DNA from: an uncultured Clostridia bacterium
GTDB taxonomy: Bacteria; Bacillota; Clostridia; TANB77; CAG-508
Direction: 5' to 3'
DNA: 64,000 nucleotides
NCBI GenBank assembly: GCA_963559065.1
Contig: CAUWIY010000002.1
Span: 70,002-134,001, forward strand
Below the pieces are notes generated by a model. The model saw nothing but the letters and a program-made list of their open reading frames with translations. It was not told the DNA's origin and made no database searches. Below are positions 38,934 through 48,534 of the stretch, piece after piece. The number at the start of each line of letters is the position of its first letter. Position 1 is the stretch's first letter. Position numbers and translations under genes: made by a program.

Positions 38934-39491
38934 TTAATTGAACTTATTCATAGCTATATCTATTCCGTTTTTTAGAATTTCTTCAATTGCTTCTGCTGCT
39001 TTATTTACTCCTCGCTGTAATATTACTTGTTCTTCTTTTGGAATTTTTCCTATGACATAATTTATCATATCATTTTTAAATTCAGGTTGTCCTATTCCTA
39101 CTCTAATTCTAGCAAACTCTGTTGTTCCTAGTTCTTTGACAATGGATTTCATTCCATTATGACTTCCTGCTCCGCCTTTTTTTCTAATTTTTATATTTCC
39201 TTTTTCTATGTCCATGTCATCATATATTACAATTATGTTTTGTGGCTCAATATTATAGAAGTTTGCAATTTCTTTTACTGATTCTCCACTTAAATTCATA
39301 TATGTTTGTGGTTTTAGTAAGATTACTTTCTTGTTTTGGAGGTTTGTTATTTCATATAGTCCTTTAAATTTATTTTTATTTATGTTTATGTTGTTGTTTT
39401 TAGCGATTTCATTTATTGTTTCAAATCCCATATTGTGTCTTGTGTTGCTGTATTCTTTTTCTGGATTTCCTAAGCCTACTATTAAATTCAT
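38934..39491 (-). CDS. pth: peptidyl-tRNA hydrolase
   Basis: Motifs LIVGLGNPEKEYSNTRHNMGF and GGAGSHNGMKS. Confidence 0.92.
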   Translation of the reverse strand: MNLIVGLGNPEKEYSNTRHNMGFETINEIAKNNNININKNKFKGLYEITNLQNKKVILLKPQTYMNLSGESVKEIANFYNIEPQNIIVIYDDMDIEKGNIKIRKKGGAGSHNGMKSIVKELGTTEFARIRVGIGQPEFKNDMINYVIGKIPKEEQVILQRGVNKAAEAIEEILKNGIDIAMNKFN

Positions 39492-39523
39492 TTTTATTCC
39501 TTCTTTATTTTATTTTCTTATCT

Positions 39524-39552
39524 ATTTTACAATGTTTTGGGCTTTTTTTCAA
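39524..39552 (-). promoter_or_regulatory. sigma-70-type promoter for pth
   Basis: On the minus strand: TTGAAA (39547-39552), 17-nt spacer, TAAAAT (39524-39529). Confidence 0.5.
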
Positions 39553-39630
39553 GGGGTAAATAAATTTAAGTTTCGGTTTTTCATAACTTGTTATGCTATG
39601 TTGAAAAAACAAAACTTAAAGCAAATAAAA

Positions 39631-39700
39631 AGTGTGCTTTTAAAATAGTAAGGATTGTGTAATATTACATATATTCCTTGACTATTTTAAAAAGCACATA
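39631..39700 (-). terminator. long hairpin / terminator downstream of the pilin-like gene
   Basis: About 21-bp bulged stem GTGCTTTTAAAATAGTAAGGA / TCCTTGACTATTTTAAAAAGCAC around the palindromic tip TGTAATATTACA. T-run follows on the minus strand. A second 17-bp hairpin lies at 39566-39619. Confidence 0.55.
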
Positions 39701-39806
39701 TATTTAAATTAATTATTTTATATAATATTTTATGATTTTTATTTTTTAATTTGTTATTTATATTGTATATTTATCGTTTTTTTGTTTATGTAGTTTTGAT
39801 TAAAGT

Positions 39807-41147
39807 TTACAAATTAACTGTGAAGCCTTTTGTTTTATCTCCAGTTATAAGTTTTGCATTCATAGAAACTATAGGAAATAAGCACAAACTCTCACCATTA
39901 GGTTTATCATTAGCAAAATATGTATTAAACGCATATACACAGCCTCTGCTTACATGTCTCACATGAAAACTACAGGCTCTTTCTTCAGTATATACACAAC
40001 GTGATGCTAACCAATATTCTGTATTTGATCCTTTTGGTATAATTAAATCATAATATTTTGTTCCATTATTCGCTGTTTTAAATCCAGTTTGCATAAATAT
40101 ATTATCTTTATACCAATATGTTTGATATGGTTGAATACTTGTTTTTGCTTCTATTTTTCCATCTGTTGCTCCATTTTCTGTTTTTTCAATGAATTCAGTT
40201 TGTTCACTCATTCCCAATCCTTTTTCGTTTTTTATTCCATCAATTACACTTAATTTTTCTTTGGTATACATTACTGGATAATTTTTGCTGTTTGTAGATG
40301 GTGTTGAAATTTGTTCTCCATATTTTGCTCCATTTTTGTGTTCGTGAGCTTCTTTTAATGCTTCTTCTGTCATGTATTTTTCTATATCTTCTATATTCAT
40401 GCTTCTTGCTAATATACCTTTTTCTGAGTTTCCATATAAGCTACTACATGCGTCATTTAACAATTTTACTCCATTATTATATCCTTGCGCTTGTCCTAAA
40501 TATACTTTTCCTATTGTTGGAGTTGTTGGTACTAATATTACTTTTCCATTTTCTATATCTAATACCTTCCATTCACTTATTTTATAATCCGTTTCTGCAC
40601 TATTTAATAAAACATCCTCTGTTTGTGTTGTTGAGCAATATTTTGCTTGCCAATTATATGTTCCACTTGGTGTATATGTTACTGTTGAACCTATTTCTAA
40701 TACTTCTGGAATAGGGTTTGTTGTTCCTCCATCATCCTTTTTGCTTATGGCTCCATTTCCTTCTACAATAAATGTATATTCATCTACTTGTACTTCTACT
40801 GGAAATTGTGTTCCTACTATACTTCCTTTGTAAACTTCTATTTCTTTTTTTAATTCTTCTACTGTCATTTCTGTATCATCTGCCATTGCTGTCATTATTG
40901 ATAATTTTACTTTTTCTTCTGCTTGACCATAACTCGCTTTCTCTTTTGCTTCTTTTGCTCTTGCAAACAAGCCATTTTCTCCTGTTAATGTTGCTATTGT
41001 TATTCCTGATAAAATAAGTAAAATTATTATTGTTATTACTAATGCTATTAGCGTAATTCCTCTTTGATTCGTCAATATTTGTTCTGTAATTTTGTTTGTC
41101 CTTTTAATATTTTTAATATCTTTTTTTGTATTGCTTTCGTTTTCCAT
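39807..41147 (-). CDS. large pilin-like protein with prepilin-type N-terminal hydrophobic segment
   Basis: Long basic leader, then RG/ITLIALVITIIILLILSGITIATLTGENGLF (class III signal-like, but Ala instead of Glu at +5). About 390-aa globular C-terminal region ending in YWLASRCV... Confidence 0.6.
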   Translation of the reverse strand: MENESNTKKDIKNIKRTNKITEQILTNQRGITLIALVITIIILLILSGITIATLTGENGLFARAKEAKEKASYGQAEEKVKLSIMTAMADDTEMTVEELKKEIEVYKGSIVGTQFPVEVQVDEYTFIVEGNGAISKKDDGGTTNPIPEVLEIGSTVTYTPSGTYNWQAKYCSTTQTEDVLLNSAETDYKISEWKVLDIENGKVILVPTTPTIGKVYLGQAQGYNNGVKLLNDACSSLYGNSEKGILARSMNIEDIEKYMTEEALKEAHEHKNGAKYGEQISTPSTNSKNYPVMYTKEKLSVIDGIKNEKGLGMSEQTEFIEKTENGATDGKIEAKTSIQPYQTYWYKDNIFMQTGFKTANNGTKYYDLIIPKGSNTEYWLASRCVYTEERACSFHVRHVSRGCVYAFNTYFANDKPNGESLCLFPIVSMNAKLITGDKTKGFTVNL

Positions 41148-41287
41148 ATTTTTCCTCCTTTGTTTTATTCGCGCATTTATTTAGATGCTCTTATATTACA
41201 ATATATCATTCGTTTGAATGCTTGTCAAGGCATTTCTTTGAATTCATGTTATTATTTTTTTATATTTTATTTTGCGAGGTAACGTAT

Positions 41288-41509
41288 ATGTATTTAAGAA
41301 GATTAAAGGATTTAAGGGAAGATAAAGATGAAAAGCAAATAGCTATTGCTGAACTTTTGAATATTACTAGACAACAATATAGTCTATATGAAACTGGAAA
41401 AAGAGATTTGCCTATTAAGTTTTTAGGAACATTAGCAAGATTTTATAACACATCTACTGATTATATTTTAGGTTTGACTGATAATCAAAAACCTTATGAT
41501 TTAAAATAA
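41288..41509 (+). CDS. XRE-family helix-turn-helix transcriptional regulator (73 aa)
   Basis: HTH motif QIAIAELLNITRQQYSLYETGKRDLPIKFLGTLARFYNTSTDYILG. The ATG at 41288 with a GAGG RBS is preferred over the longer track ORF. Confidence 0.8.
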   Translation: MYLRRLKDLREDKDEKQIAIAELLNITRQQYSLYETGKRDLPIKFLGTLARFYNTSTDYILGLTDNQKPYDLK

Positions 41510-41557
41510 TATTTATGTTTATAAATATATTTACTAAAGTTTGTTATTTTTTAATTT

Positions 41558-41597
41558 AAAAACTCAATATAACCATATATATGGCAATATTGAGTTT
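41558..41597. terminator. bidirectional terminator between the XRE gene and dnaE
   Basis: Stem AAACTCAATAT/ATATTGAGTTT encloses the palindrome CCATATATATGG. T-rich runs lie on both sides. Confidence 0.6.
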
Positions 41598-41629
41598 ATT
41601 ATTATTCTAATATTAATAATTAATTATAT

Positions 41630-44600
41630 TCATATTGTATCAAATATTTCTTTTATTTCATCATTATAGTAAATTTGCCCACATGGCTTTGGCACTCCAT
41701 CTACTACAACTTGAACATTCATATTATTTTTATCTCCTGAAAAATATTTAATTGCATTTCTTAACTTTTCTTTTTGATTTTCTGAAAAATTTGTAATATC
41801 TATACTTAAAATATTTTGTTTTTGTTCTCCAAAGTCCTTTATTTCATTTGCAATTATTGTTGCCTCATCATCTTCTCTTATACTTAGTCTTCCCGTTACT
41901 GTTACTATATTTTCTTCTATTAGACTTTTTCCACTATTAATTACCGTATTTTCAAATGCAATAATTTCAGCTGTTCCATATAAATCTTCTATTGTTATGA
42001 ATGCCATTATATTATTGTTTTTTGTATATTTTTTCTTTATTGCTGTAATAATTCCCGCATAAATAACTTTTTGTCCATCTACAAATTTAGGTTTCGTTTT
42101 CACTTGTTGGTTTTCCATGTCTTCTGCCTGTATACCGTTATTTTGCTCATTTATTTCTGATAAATCTAATGTATTTATATTTGTAGTGTGCATAATTTGT
42201 TCTCTTAATTTTTCTAATGGATGTCCTGATATATATATTCCTAGCATTTCTTTTTCCATTGATAGTAATTCTTTTTCTTGAAATTCTTCGTGTATTTCGA
42301 ATTGATATTTGTTTTTTTCTAATTTTTCTTTTTCTTCTTCTGTTCCAATGTCAAACATAGATACTTGTCCATTAAATCCCTTTTTGTTACTGCTTTGAAT
42401 TGTATCTACAATATTTTCAAACGATGCTAATAGCGTTGACCTTGTTTGTCCAAATTCTTTGAATACTCCTGCTTTTATTAAGCTTTCTATACATTTTTTA
42501 TTTACTTGTTCATTTGCTATTCTTTCACAAAAATCTGTAAAACTTTTGTATTTACCATTTTCTTTTCTTTCTCTTACAATGTTTTCAACAGGTATTATTC
42601 CTACATTTTTTATACTTCCTAATCCAAAACGAATTCTACCATTTTCAACTGTGAAATTCTCTTCACTACTGTTAATTTCAGGTCTTAAAATTTCTATACC
42701 TAATCTTTTACATTCATCAATGTATTGTGGTACTTTGTCTAAGTTTCCCAAATAACTATTTAGTGTTGCTGCCATAAGTTCAGCTGGATAATATGCTTTT
42801 AAATATGCTGTTCTATATGCTACAACTGCATAACATGCTGCATGTGATTTGTTAAAGGCATATTTCGCAAATTCTGCCATTTCGTCAAATATTTTGTTTG
42901 CAGATTTTTCGTCTATTCCATTTCTTACACAACCTGGTACTTCTATATTTCCGTTTTCATCCAATTGTCCATGTATAAAGACTTCTCTTTCTTTTGCCAT
43001 CACATCAAGTTTCTTTTTTCCCATTGCTCTTCTTACTAAGTCTGCTCTACCTAAAGAATATCCTGCTAGGTCTCTAACTATTTGCATAACTTGTTCTTGA
43101 TATACCATACAACCATAAGTAACATTTAGTATTGGTTCTAAGCTTGGATGGGTATATTCATTATGACCTGGATTTTGTTTTCCTCTTATATATCTTGGAA
43201 TTTGATCCATTGGTCCTGGTCGATATAGCGAAACACCTGCTATTAAGTCTTCTAAACAATCTGGTTTTAGTTCTTTCATAAAGTTTGTCATTCCTTGTGA
43301 TTCAAACTGGAATATTCCTAATGAACTTCCATCTTGCCATAACTTATAAACTTTTGGGTCTGACATGTCTTTGTCAAATTCTACATCTATTCCATAGTTT
43401 TGTTTTACCATGTCAATTGTGTTTTGTATTACTGTTAAGTTTCTTAGTCCTAAAAAGTCCATTTTTAAAAGTCCCAATTCTTCTAGTGTTGTCATTATAT
43501 ATTGTGTATTTATTTGTCCATCTCTTACATAAAGTGGTACATATGTGTCTACTGGATCCTTAGTAATAACTACCCCACAGGCATGTGTTGAAGCCTGTCT
43601 TGGCATTCCTTCTAGTGCCATTGCTATATCTAATATTTTTCGTACTTGTTCATCATTTTCATATTTTTCTTTTAATTCTCTATTTTGTTCTAATGCTTTT
43701 GCTATTGTTATATGTAACTCATTTGGTATCATTTTTGCCAAATTGTCCGCATCTGCATATGGATAATCTAATACTCTTGATACATCTCTTATTACCATTT
43801 TAGCTGCCATTGTTCCAAAAGTTATAATTTGTGATACATGGTCATGTCCATATTTTTCTGCAACATAGTCTATTACTTCTTGTCTTCTTTCATCTGAAAA
43901 GTCAACGTCAAAGTCTGGCATGCTAATTCTTTCTGGGTTTAAAAATCTCTCAAATAGTAATCCATATTTTATTGGATCAATATCTGTTATTTCAATTGCA
44001 TATGCTAATATTGAACCAGCTCCAGAACCTCTTCCTGGACCTACTGGAATTCCATGAGTTTTAGCATAGTGTATAAAATCCCATACTATTAAATAGTAAT
44101 CAACATATCCCATTTTTTTGATAATCGAAAGTTCATATTCTGCTCTATTTTTGACTTCTTCTGATAGTTCTGTTCCATATCTTTTTATTAATCCCTCATC
44201 ACATAATTTTTTTAAATAGTCATAGTGTGTTGGATATTCTGGTGGTACGTCATAGTTTGGCAAAATTGTATGCCCAAATTCAAATTCAACATTGCATTTT
44301 TCTGCTATTTTTACTGTATTTTCAATAGCGTCTGGAAATGCTTTAAAATACTCTGACATTTCTTCTGGTGATTTTACATATAGTTCTTCTGTGTCAAATC
44401 TCATTCTGTCTTCATCACTCATTCTTTTTCCTGTCTGGATACATAATAATACTTCGTGGTTATAGGCATCTTCTTTTTTTAGATAATGTGCATCATTTGT
44501 TGCAACAATCGGAATGTCTAATTTTCTGGCTAGTTGTATTAGTTTTTGGTTTGCTAATACTTGTTCCCTAATTCCATTGTTTTGAATTTCTATATAATAA

Positions 44601-45106
44601 TCTTCTCCAAATACTTTTTTATGCCAAAGCGCTACTTCTTCTGCTTTTTCCATTTGACCATTTAATAATGCCTGATTTACTTCTCCTGCTAAACAAGCAC
44701 TTAAGCATATAAGTCCTTCATGATATTTTTCTAATATTTCTTTGTCAATTCTTGGTTTATAGTAATATCCTTCTACAAATCCTAATGATACTAATTTACT
44801 TAAGTTTTTGTATCCTTGATTATTTTTTGCAAGCAAAATTAGGTGGTTATAGTGGTTATCTATTCCTGGTTCTTTTTGTATTCTGGAACGTGGTGCAACA
44901 TATACTTCGCATCCAATAATTGGTTTTATTCCTTCTTTTTTGCAAGCTTTATAAAAGTCAATTACTCCATACATAACTCCATGGTCTGTAATTGCTATTG
45001 AATTCATTCCTAATTCTTTTACTCTTGTTGGTAGGTCTTTAATTCTGTTTGCTCCGTCTAATAAGCTGTATTCAGTGTGCATATGTAAGTGTACAAAATC
45101 TGACAT
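41630..45106 (-). CDS. dnaE: DNA polymerase III alpha subunit (DnaE type)
   Basis: PHP domain HLHMHTEYSLLDG. 1158 aa, with polymerase core motifs throughout and a C-terminal OB fold. Confidence 0.95.
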   Translation of the reverse strand: MSDFVHLHMHTEYSLLDGANRIKDLPTRVKELGMNSIAITDHGVMYGVIDFYKACKKEGIKPIIGCEVYVAPRSRIQKEPGIDNHYNHLILLAKNNQGYKNLSKLVSLGFVEGYYYKPRIDKEILEKYHEGLICLSACLAGEVNQALLNGQMEKAEEVALWHKKVFGEDYYIEIQNNGIREQVLANQKLIQLARKLDIPIVATNDAHYLKKEDAYNHEVLLCIQTGKRMSDEDRMRFDTEELYVKSPEEMSEYFKAFPDAIENTVKIAEKCNVEFEFGHTILPNYDVPPEYPTHYDYLKKLCDEGLIKRYGTELSEEVKNRAEYELSIIKKMGYVDYYLIVWDFIHYAKTHGIPVGPGRGSGAGSILAYAIEITDIDPIKYGLLFERFLNPERISMPDFDVDFSDERRQEVIDYVAEKYGHDHVSQIITFGTMAAKMVIRDVSRVLDYPYADADNLAKMIPNELHITIAKALEQNRELKEKYENDEQVRKILDIAMALEGMPRQASTHACGVVITKDPVDTYVPLYVRDGQINTQYIMTTLEELGLLKMDFLGLRNLTVIQNTIDMVKQNYGIDVEFDKDMSDPKVYKLWQDGSSLGIFQFESQGMTNFMKELKPDCLEDLIAGVSLYRPGPMDQIPRYIRGKQNPGHNEYTHPSLEPILNVTYGCMVYQEQVMQIVRDLAGYSLGRADLVRRAMGKKKLDVMAKEREVFIHGQLDENGNIEVPGCVRNGIDEKSANKIFDEMAEFAKYAFNKSHAACYAVVAYRTAYLKAYYPAELMAATLNSYLGNLDKVPQYIDECKRLGIEILRPEINSSEENFTVENGRIRFGLGSIKNVGIIPVENIVRERKENGKYKSFTDFCERIANEQVNKKCIESLIKAGVFKEFGQTRSTLLASFENIVDTIQSSNKKGFNGQVSMFDIGTEEEKEKLEKNKYQFEIHEEFQEKELLSMEKEMLGIYISGHPLEKLREQIMHTTNINTLDLSEINEQNNGIQAEDMENQQVKTKPKFVDGQKVIYAGIITAIKKKYTKNNNIMAFITIEDLYGTAEIIAFENTVINSGKSLIEENIVTVTGRLSIREDDEATIIANEIKDFGEQKQNILSIDITNFSENQKEKLRNAIKYFSGDKNNMNVQVVVDGVPKPCGQIYYNDEIKEIFDTI

Positions 45107-45201
45107 TTTTTTGCTCCTTTTTGTCCTTGTTTTAAGGCTTTTTGTTTTTATTGTTTTCTTATATATTTTTTGTTTTTTATCTCGCTTCTTTTATGTTGCT
45201 T

Positions 45202-45230
45202 ATTATAGCATTTTTTAGTTTAACTTTCAA
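45202..45230 (-). promoter_or_regulatory. extended -10 sigma-70 promoter for dnaE
   Basis: On the minus strand: TTGAAA (45225-45230), 17-nt spacer, TGCTATAAT (45202-45210). Confidence 0.6.
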
Positions 45231-45448
45231 GAGGTTAAACTAGTGGGACTTTAACCAATTGACAACATCTTCATTGTTTAATTTTCATTTTGCTTGATTT
45301 ACATTTTGGTCTATTTTTCCTTACTCGCACGCTCTTAATTGCTCTTTAGTCTCTGTAAGAACAAAAGTGGCATGATTATTATATAAAAAAGTGATATAAT
45401 TAATTTTCTAAAATATAGAAACAATAATTATACCACTTTTTTAATTTC

Positions 45449-46144
45449 TTATTTTATTACTCCGTAAAGTTCTGCTAGTTTTTGCCACACGATTTTGTGG
45501 TGGTAAATAACAGATAATCCTTTACATTCTCCTGAGATGTTTTTTAAGTATAAGCATTTTATTGGTTCTGTGCTATCCCAATTAACATACATCTCTTCTA
45601 TTATTGGGACATAATGTACAATTTGTTTTGATATTGTATTGTTTTCTGGATAGTCATATATGAAGCTTTTGAATATTTCTAACACATATTTTCTATCCAT
45701 TTCCTTATTGTGGCTTTCTCCTTTTAGCATCCATGAAAATCTTATGGTTTCTGGTATTCTTACCTTGTCTTTTGGTACTTCCTGTAGAAAAATCCAGAGA
45801 CAACTCTTTGGAATTCTAACTGTGAATTTGCTTCCATCTGGAAACCAATAGTCAAGTTTGAAATCTTTTAGATTATCTTCTACATAAAAAAAGATGTCTT
45901 CTGCAAGTTCAACAGCTTCAATTAGATTAACAATGTTCTGCATTTCATCAGACTTGTTTTGGTTTCTCTGTTTCCAATTCTCACCCTGAATTCCAAAGTG
46001 AAAATCTTCACATCTTTTTACTGTTTTTAAAGTCTTTTCTAACTCTTTCCGGAGCATTCTTGCAAAATCTTCTTTTTTTACTTCTCGTAAGAATACTTCT
46101 TTTTCTTCTTCCCATCTCATTCTAACTACATTATTTGTTGTCAT
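45449..46144 (-). CDS. hypothetical protein (231 aa), no recognised domain
   Basis: The ATG at 46144 follows a perfect AAGGAGGAAG RBS. The track ORF extends to 46210. No TM segment or signal peptide. Confidence 0.55.
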   Translation of the reverse strand: MTTNNVVRMRWEEEKEVFLREVKKEDFARMLRKELEKTLKTVKRCEDFHFGIQGENWKQRNQNKSDEMQNIVNLIEAVELAEDIFFYVEDNLKDFKLDYWFPDGSKFTVRIPKSCLWIFLQEVPKDKVRIPETIRFSWMLKGESHNKEMDRKYVLEIFKSFIYDYPENNTISKQIVHYVPIIEEMYVNWDSTEPIKCLYLKNISGECKGLSVIYHHKIVWQKLAELYGVIK

Positions 46145-46331
46145 TTTTTCTTCCTCCTTATCAAGACTAATATTAATTGTTCTTTTTTGGAGGAAAAAAT
46201 AACCCTCCAAAATTTTTGAAAGGTTTGTTGTTTACCTTTTGTTATAGTATTATATTAATTACATCATTAATTTATGCCTTTTTATTTATATTTTTATACG
46301 TTTTTTACTTTTTTATTTTTAATTTATAGTC

Positions 46332-47024
46332 TTATTTGCAAAATCTATGTCTTCCAATTGTAACAGTCATTGGTCTTGACCATATCCATTTATTTGTTGC
46401 TGTAGATGGGTTAAAATAATAAATTGCTCCATAGCTAGGATCCCAACCATTTAGTGCATCTTGTGCAGCTTTTCTCGCAGTTGAATTTGGTGTTAAATTT
46501 ATTTGTCCATCTCTAACTGCGTCAAATGCTCCTGCTTGATAGATTACCCCTGATAAAGTATTTGGAAAAGAGCTACTTTTTATTCTATTCATACATACAG
46601 CTCCAACTGCTACTTGTCCTGTGTATGGTTCTCCTCTCGCTTCTGCATAAATTAATTTTGCTAATAAATTTAAATTGCTATTGTAATTTGATGAACTGCT
46701 TGAACTTGATGAATTCATAATACCCATTGCTTTCAAAGTTGCAGGTCCTGCAATTCCATCTACTGAAAGTCCATTTTTTCTTTGGAAATATTTTACCGCA
46801 TTAACTGTTTGAGATCCATATATTCCGTCTATATTTCCATTATAGTATCCCCATCTTTTTAGTTTTGTTTGAATTTTAGTTACTTCTTCACCTCTTGAAC
46901 CATATTTAGAAAGTGTTTCTGATGTATCTTGTTTTTGATAAATATATATGCTTGTTGCGGTTAAGATTATAAGTATTATAGATAAAATTGTAGCAAAAAT
47001 TTTTTTCTTTTTTGTTTTTAACAT
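46332..47024 (-). CDS. sleB: SleB-family cell-wall (spore cortex-lytic type) hydrolase with peptidoglycan-binding domain
   Basis: TM anchor, PG_binding_1-like segment (GSRGEEVTKIQTKLKRWGYYNGNIDGIYG...GLSVDGIAGPATL) and hydrolase-2 core (AEARGEPYTGQVAVGAVCMNR). The ATG at 47024 has an AAAGGA RBS. The track start at 47111 has none. Confidence 0.75.
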   Translation of the reverse strand: MLKTKKKKIFATILSIILIILTATSIYIYQKQDTSETLSKYGSRGEEVTKIQTKLKRWGYYNGNIDGIYGSQTVNAVKYFQRKNGLSVDGIAGPATLKAMGIMNSSSSSSSSNYNSNLNLLAKLIYAEARGEPYTGQVAVGAVCMNRIKSSSFPNTLSGVIYQAGAFDAVRDGQINLTPNSTARKAAQDALNGWDPSYGAIYYFNPSTATNKWIWSRPMTVTIGRHRFCK

Positions 47025-47115
47025 AAGCTTCGTCCTTTCTTGTTTGTTAGTATTTTGATATTTTATTATTTTTCTTTTACTAGTTTTATCCTTTTTTACT
47101 TTTTTATTCATATAT

Positions 47116-47209
47116 ATAAAAAAACTATTATTCTTTATATGATTTAAACCCTATTTAATGTTTACCATAATGGGTGCTTTTCATATATAAAATAATAGTT
47201 TTTGTTTAT
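47116..47209. repeat. long imperfect palindrome upstream of sleB
   Basis: Arms ATAAAAAAACTATTATTCTTTATATGA (47116-47142) and TCATATATAAAATAATAGTTTTTGTTTAT (47181-47209). They share a 13-bp perfect core, AAAAACTATTATT. Confidence 0.6.
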
Positions 47210-47335
47210 TGATAGTTTGATTGATAATTTTATTTATGATTAATGTATTAATTTAAGTAATTTAAATTAATTCATATTAATTTTAATATCAATTTTTTGT
47301 TTAATATATTTTTTAGAAAAGTGAATTTATCTTTC

Positions 47336-48328
47336 TTATAATTTTAAATTTGGAACTGCATTTAAATTTAATTTGCTTTTTTCTCCATTTATAAAATTGT
47401 AATATCCCGCAGAACCAATCATTGCTGCATTATCAGTACATAATTTTAAATCAGGCATATATACTTTGATTCCTTCATTTTCTAATTTTAAAAATTCGTT
47501 TCTAATATAACTATTTGCTGAAACTCCTCCTGCTAATGCAATAGTCGTAACATCTATTTGTTTCAAAGCTTTTTTTGTATTTTCTATTAATGTTTCTGTA
47601 ACTGTTTTTTGGAAACTTGCACATAAGTCCGCTTTGTTAATATCAGGTATTTTATGATGCAAATTTATTACTGCTGTTTTTATTCCACTAAAGCTAAAAT
47701 CTAAATTATCAAAATGAGTTTTTGGAAGTTCAATACTATTTGGATTTCCTTCTTTTGCTAATTTATCTATTTTAGGTCCACCTGGATATCCTAAACCTAC
47801 AACTCTTGCCACTTTGTCAAAAGCTTCTCCAATTGCATCATCTCTAGTTTTTCCTAATACTTCAAATTCTGTATAATCTTTTACATGAACAAGTTGAGTG
47901 TTTCCTCCAGACATCATTACACATAAAAATGGTGGCTTTAAGTCCGAATGAGTTATATAATTTGCTGCAATATGCCCTTGAATATGGTTAACACCTACAA
48001 GTGGTTTATTAATTGCAAAACTTAGCGCTTTTGCATAAGATAATCCAACTAACAAAGCACCTACTAATCCTGGCCCATATGTTGGTGTAATTGCATCTAT
48101 ATCATCAAAAGTAATATTTGCATCATCTAATGCTTTTTTTGTCACTCTTGAAATAGCTTCTATGTGGTTTCTTGAGGCTATTTCTGGTACTACTCCTCCA
48201 TATTTCTCATGAATTGGTATTTGTGTATCTATTATATTAGATAGAATTTCTCTCCCATTTTTTATTACAGCTACAGATGTTTCATCACAACTTGACTCTA
48301 TCCCTAGTGTTAATATATCTTTTCCCAT
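47336..48328 (-). CDS. tsaD: tRNA N6-adenosine threonylcarbamoyltransferase
   Basis: Motifs [26 protein letters not shown] and GGVSAN, with full-length Kae1/Gcp resemblance. Confidence 0.92.
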   Translation of the reverse strand: MGKDILTLGIESSCDETSVAVIKNGREILSNIIDTQIPIHEKYGGVVPEIASRNHIEAISRVTKKALDDANITFDDIDAITPTYGPGLVGALLVGLSYAKALSFAINKPLVGVNHIQGHIAANYITHSDLKPPFLCVMMSGGNTQLVHVKDYTEFEVLGKTRDDAIGEAFDKVARVVGLGYPGGPKIDKLAKEGNPNSIELPKTHFDNLDFSFSGIKTAVINLHHKIPDINKADLCASFQKTVTETLIENTKKALKQIDVTTIALAGGVSANSYIRNEFLKLENEGIKVYMPDLKLCTDNAAMIGSAGYYNFINGEKSKLNLNAVPNLKL

Positions 48329-48356
48329 TTCTTACTCCTCAAATTCGAAAACTGCT

Positions 48357-48529
48357 GAGAGGAAAAAGGGGTCGGAGCCAAAAATCATTTTTTTCGAGAA
48401 CAAATCTCTCTTCGTGAGAACTTTTCTCTATTTTTCTAATTTAACTATATATATTTAAGTTCTCAAAGAAGCGTAAAGATTTGTCGACGCGAAAAAGATG
48501 ATTTTTGGCTCCGACCCCTTTTTCCTCTC
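48357..48529. repeat. 173-nt palindromic element with 32-bp perfect terminal inverted repeats
   Basis: GAGAGGAAAAAGGGGTCGGAGCCAAAAATCAT (48357-48388) is exactly complementary to 48498-48529. The interior is also partly self-complementary (GAGAAC/GTTCTC, ACAAATCT/AGATTTGT). Confidence 0.85.
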
Positions 48530-48534
48530 TGTTT

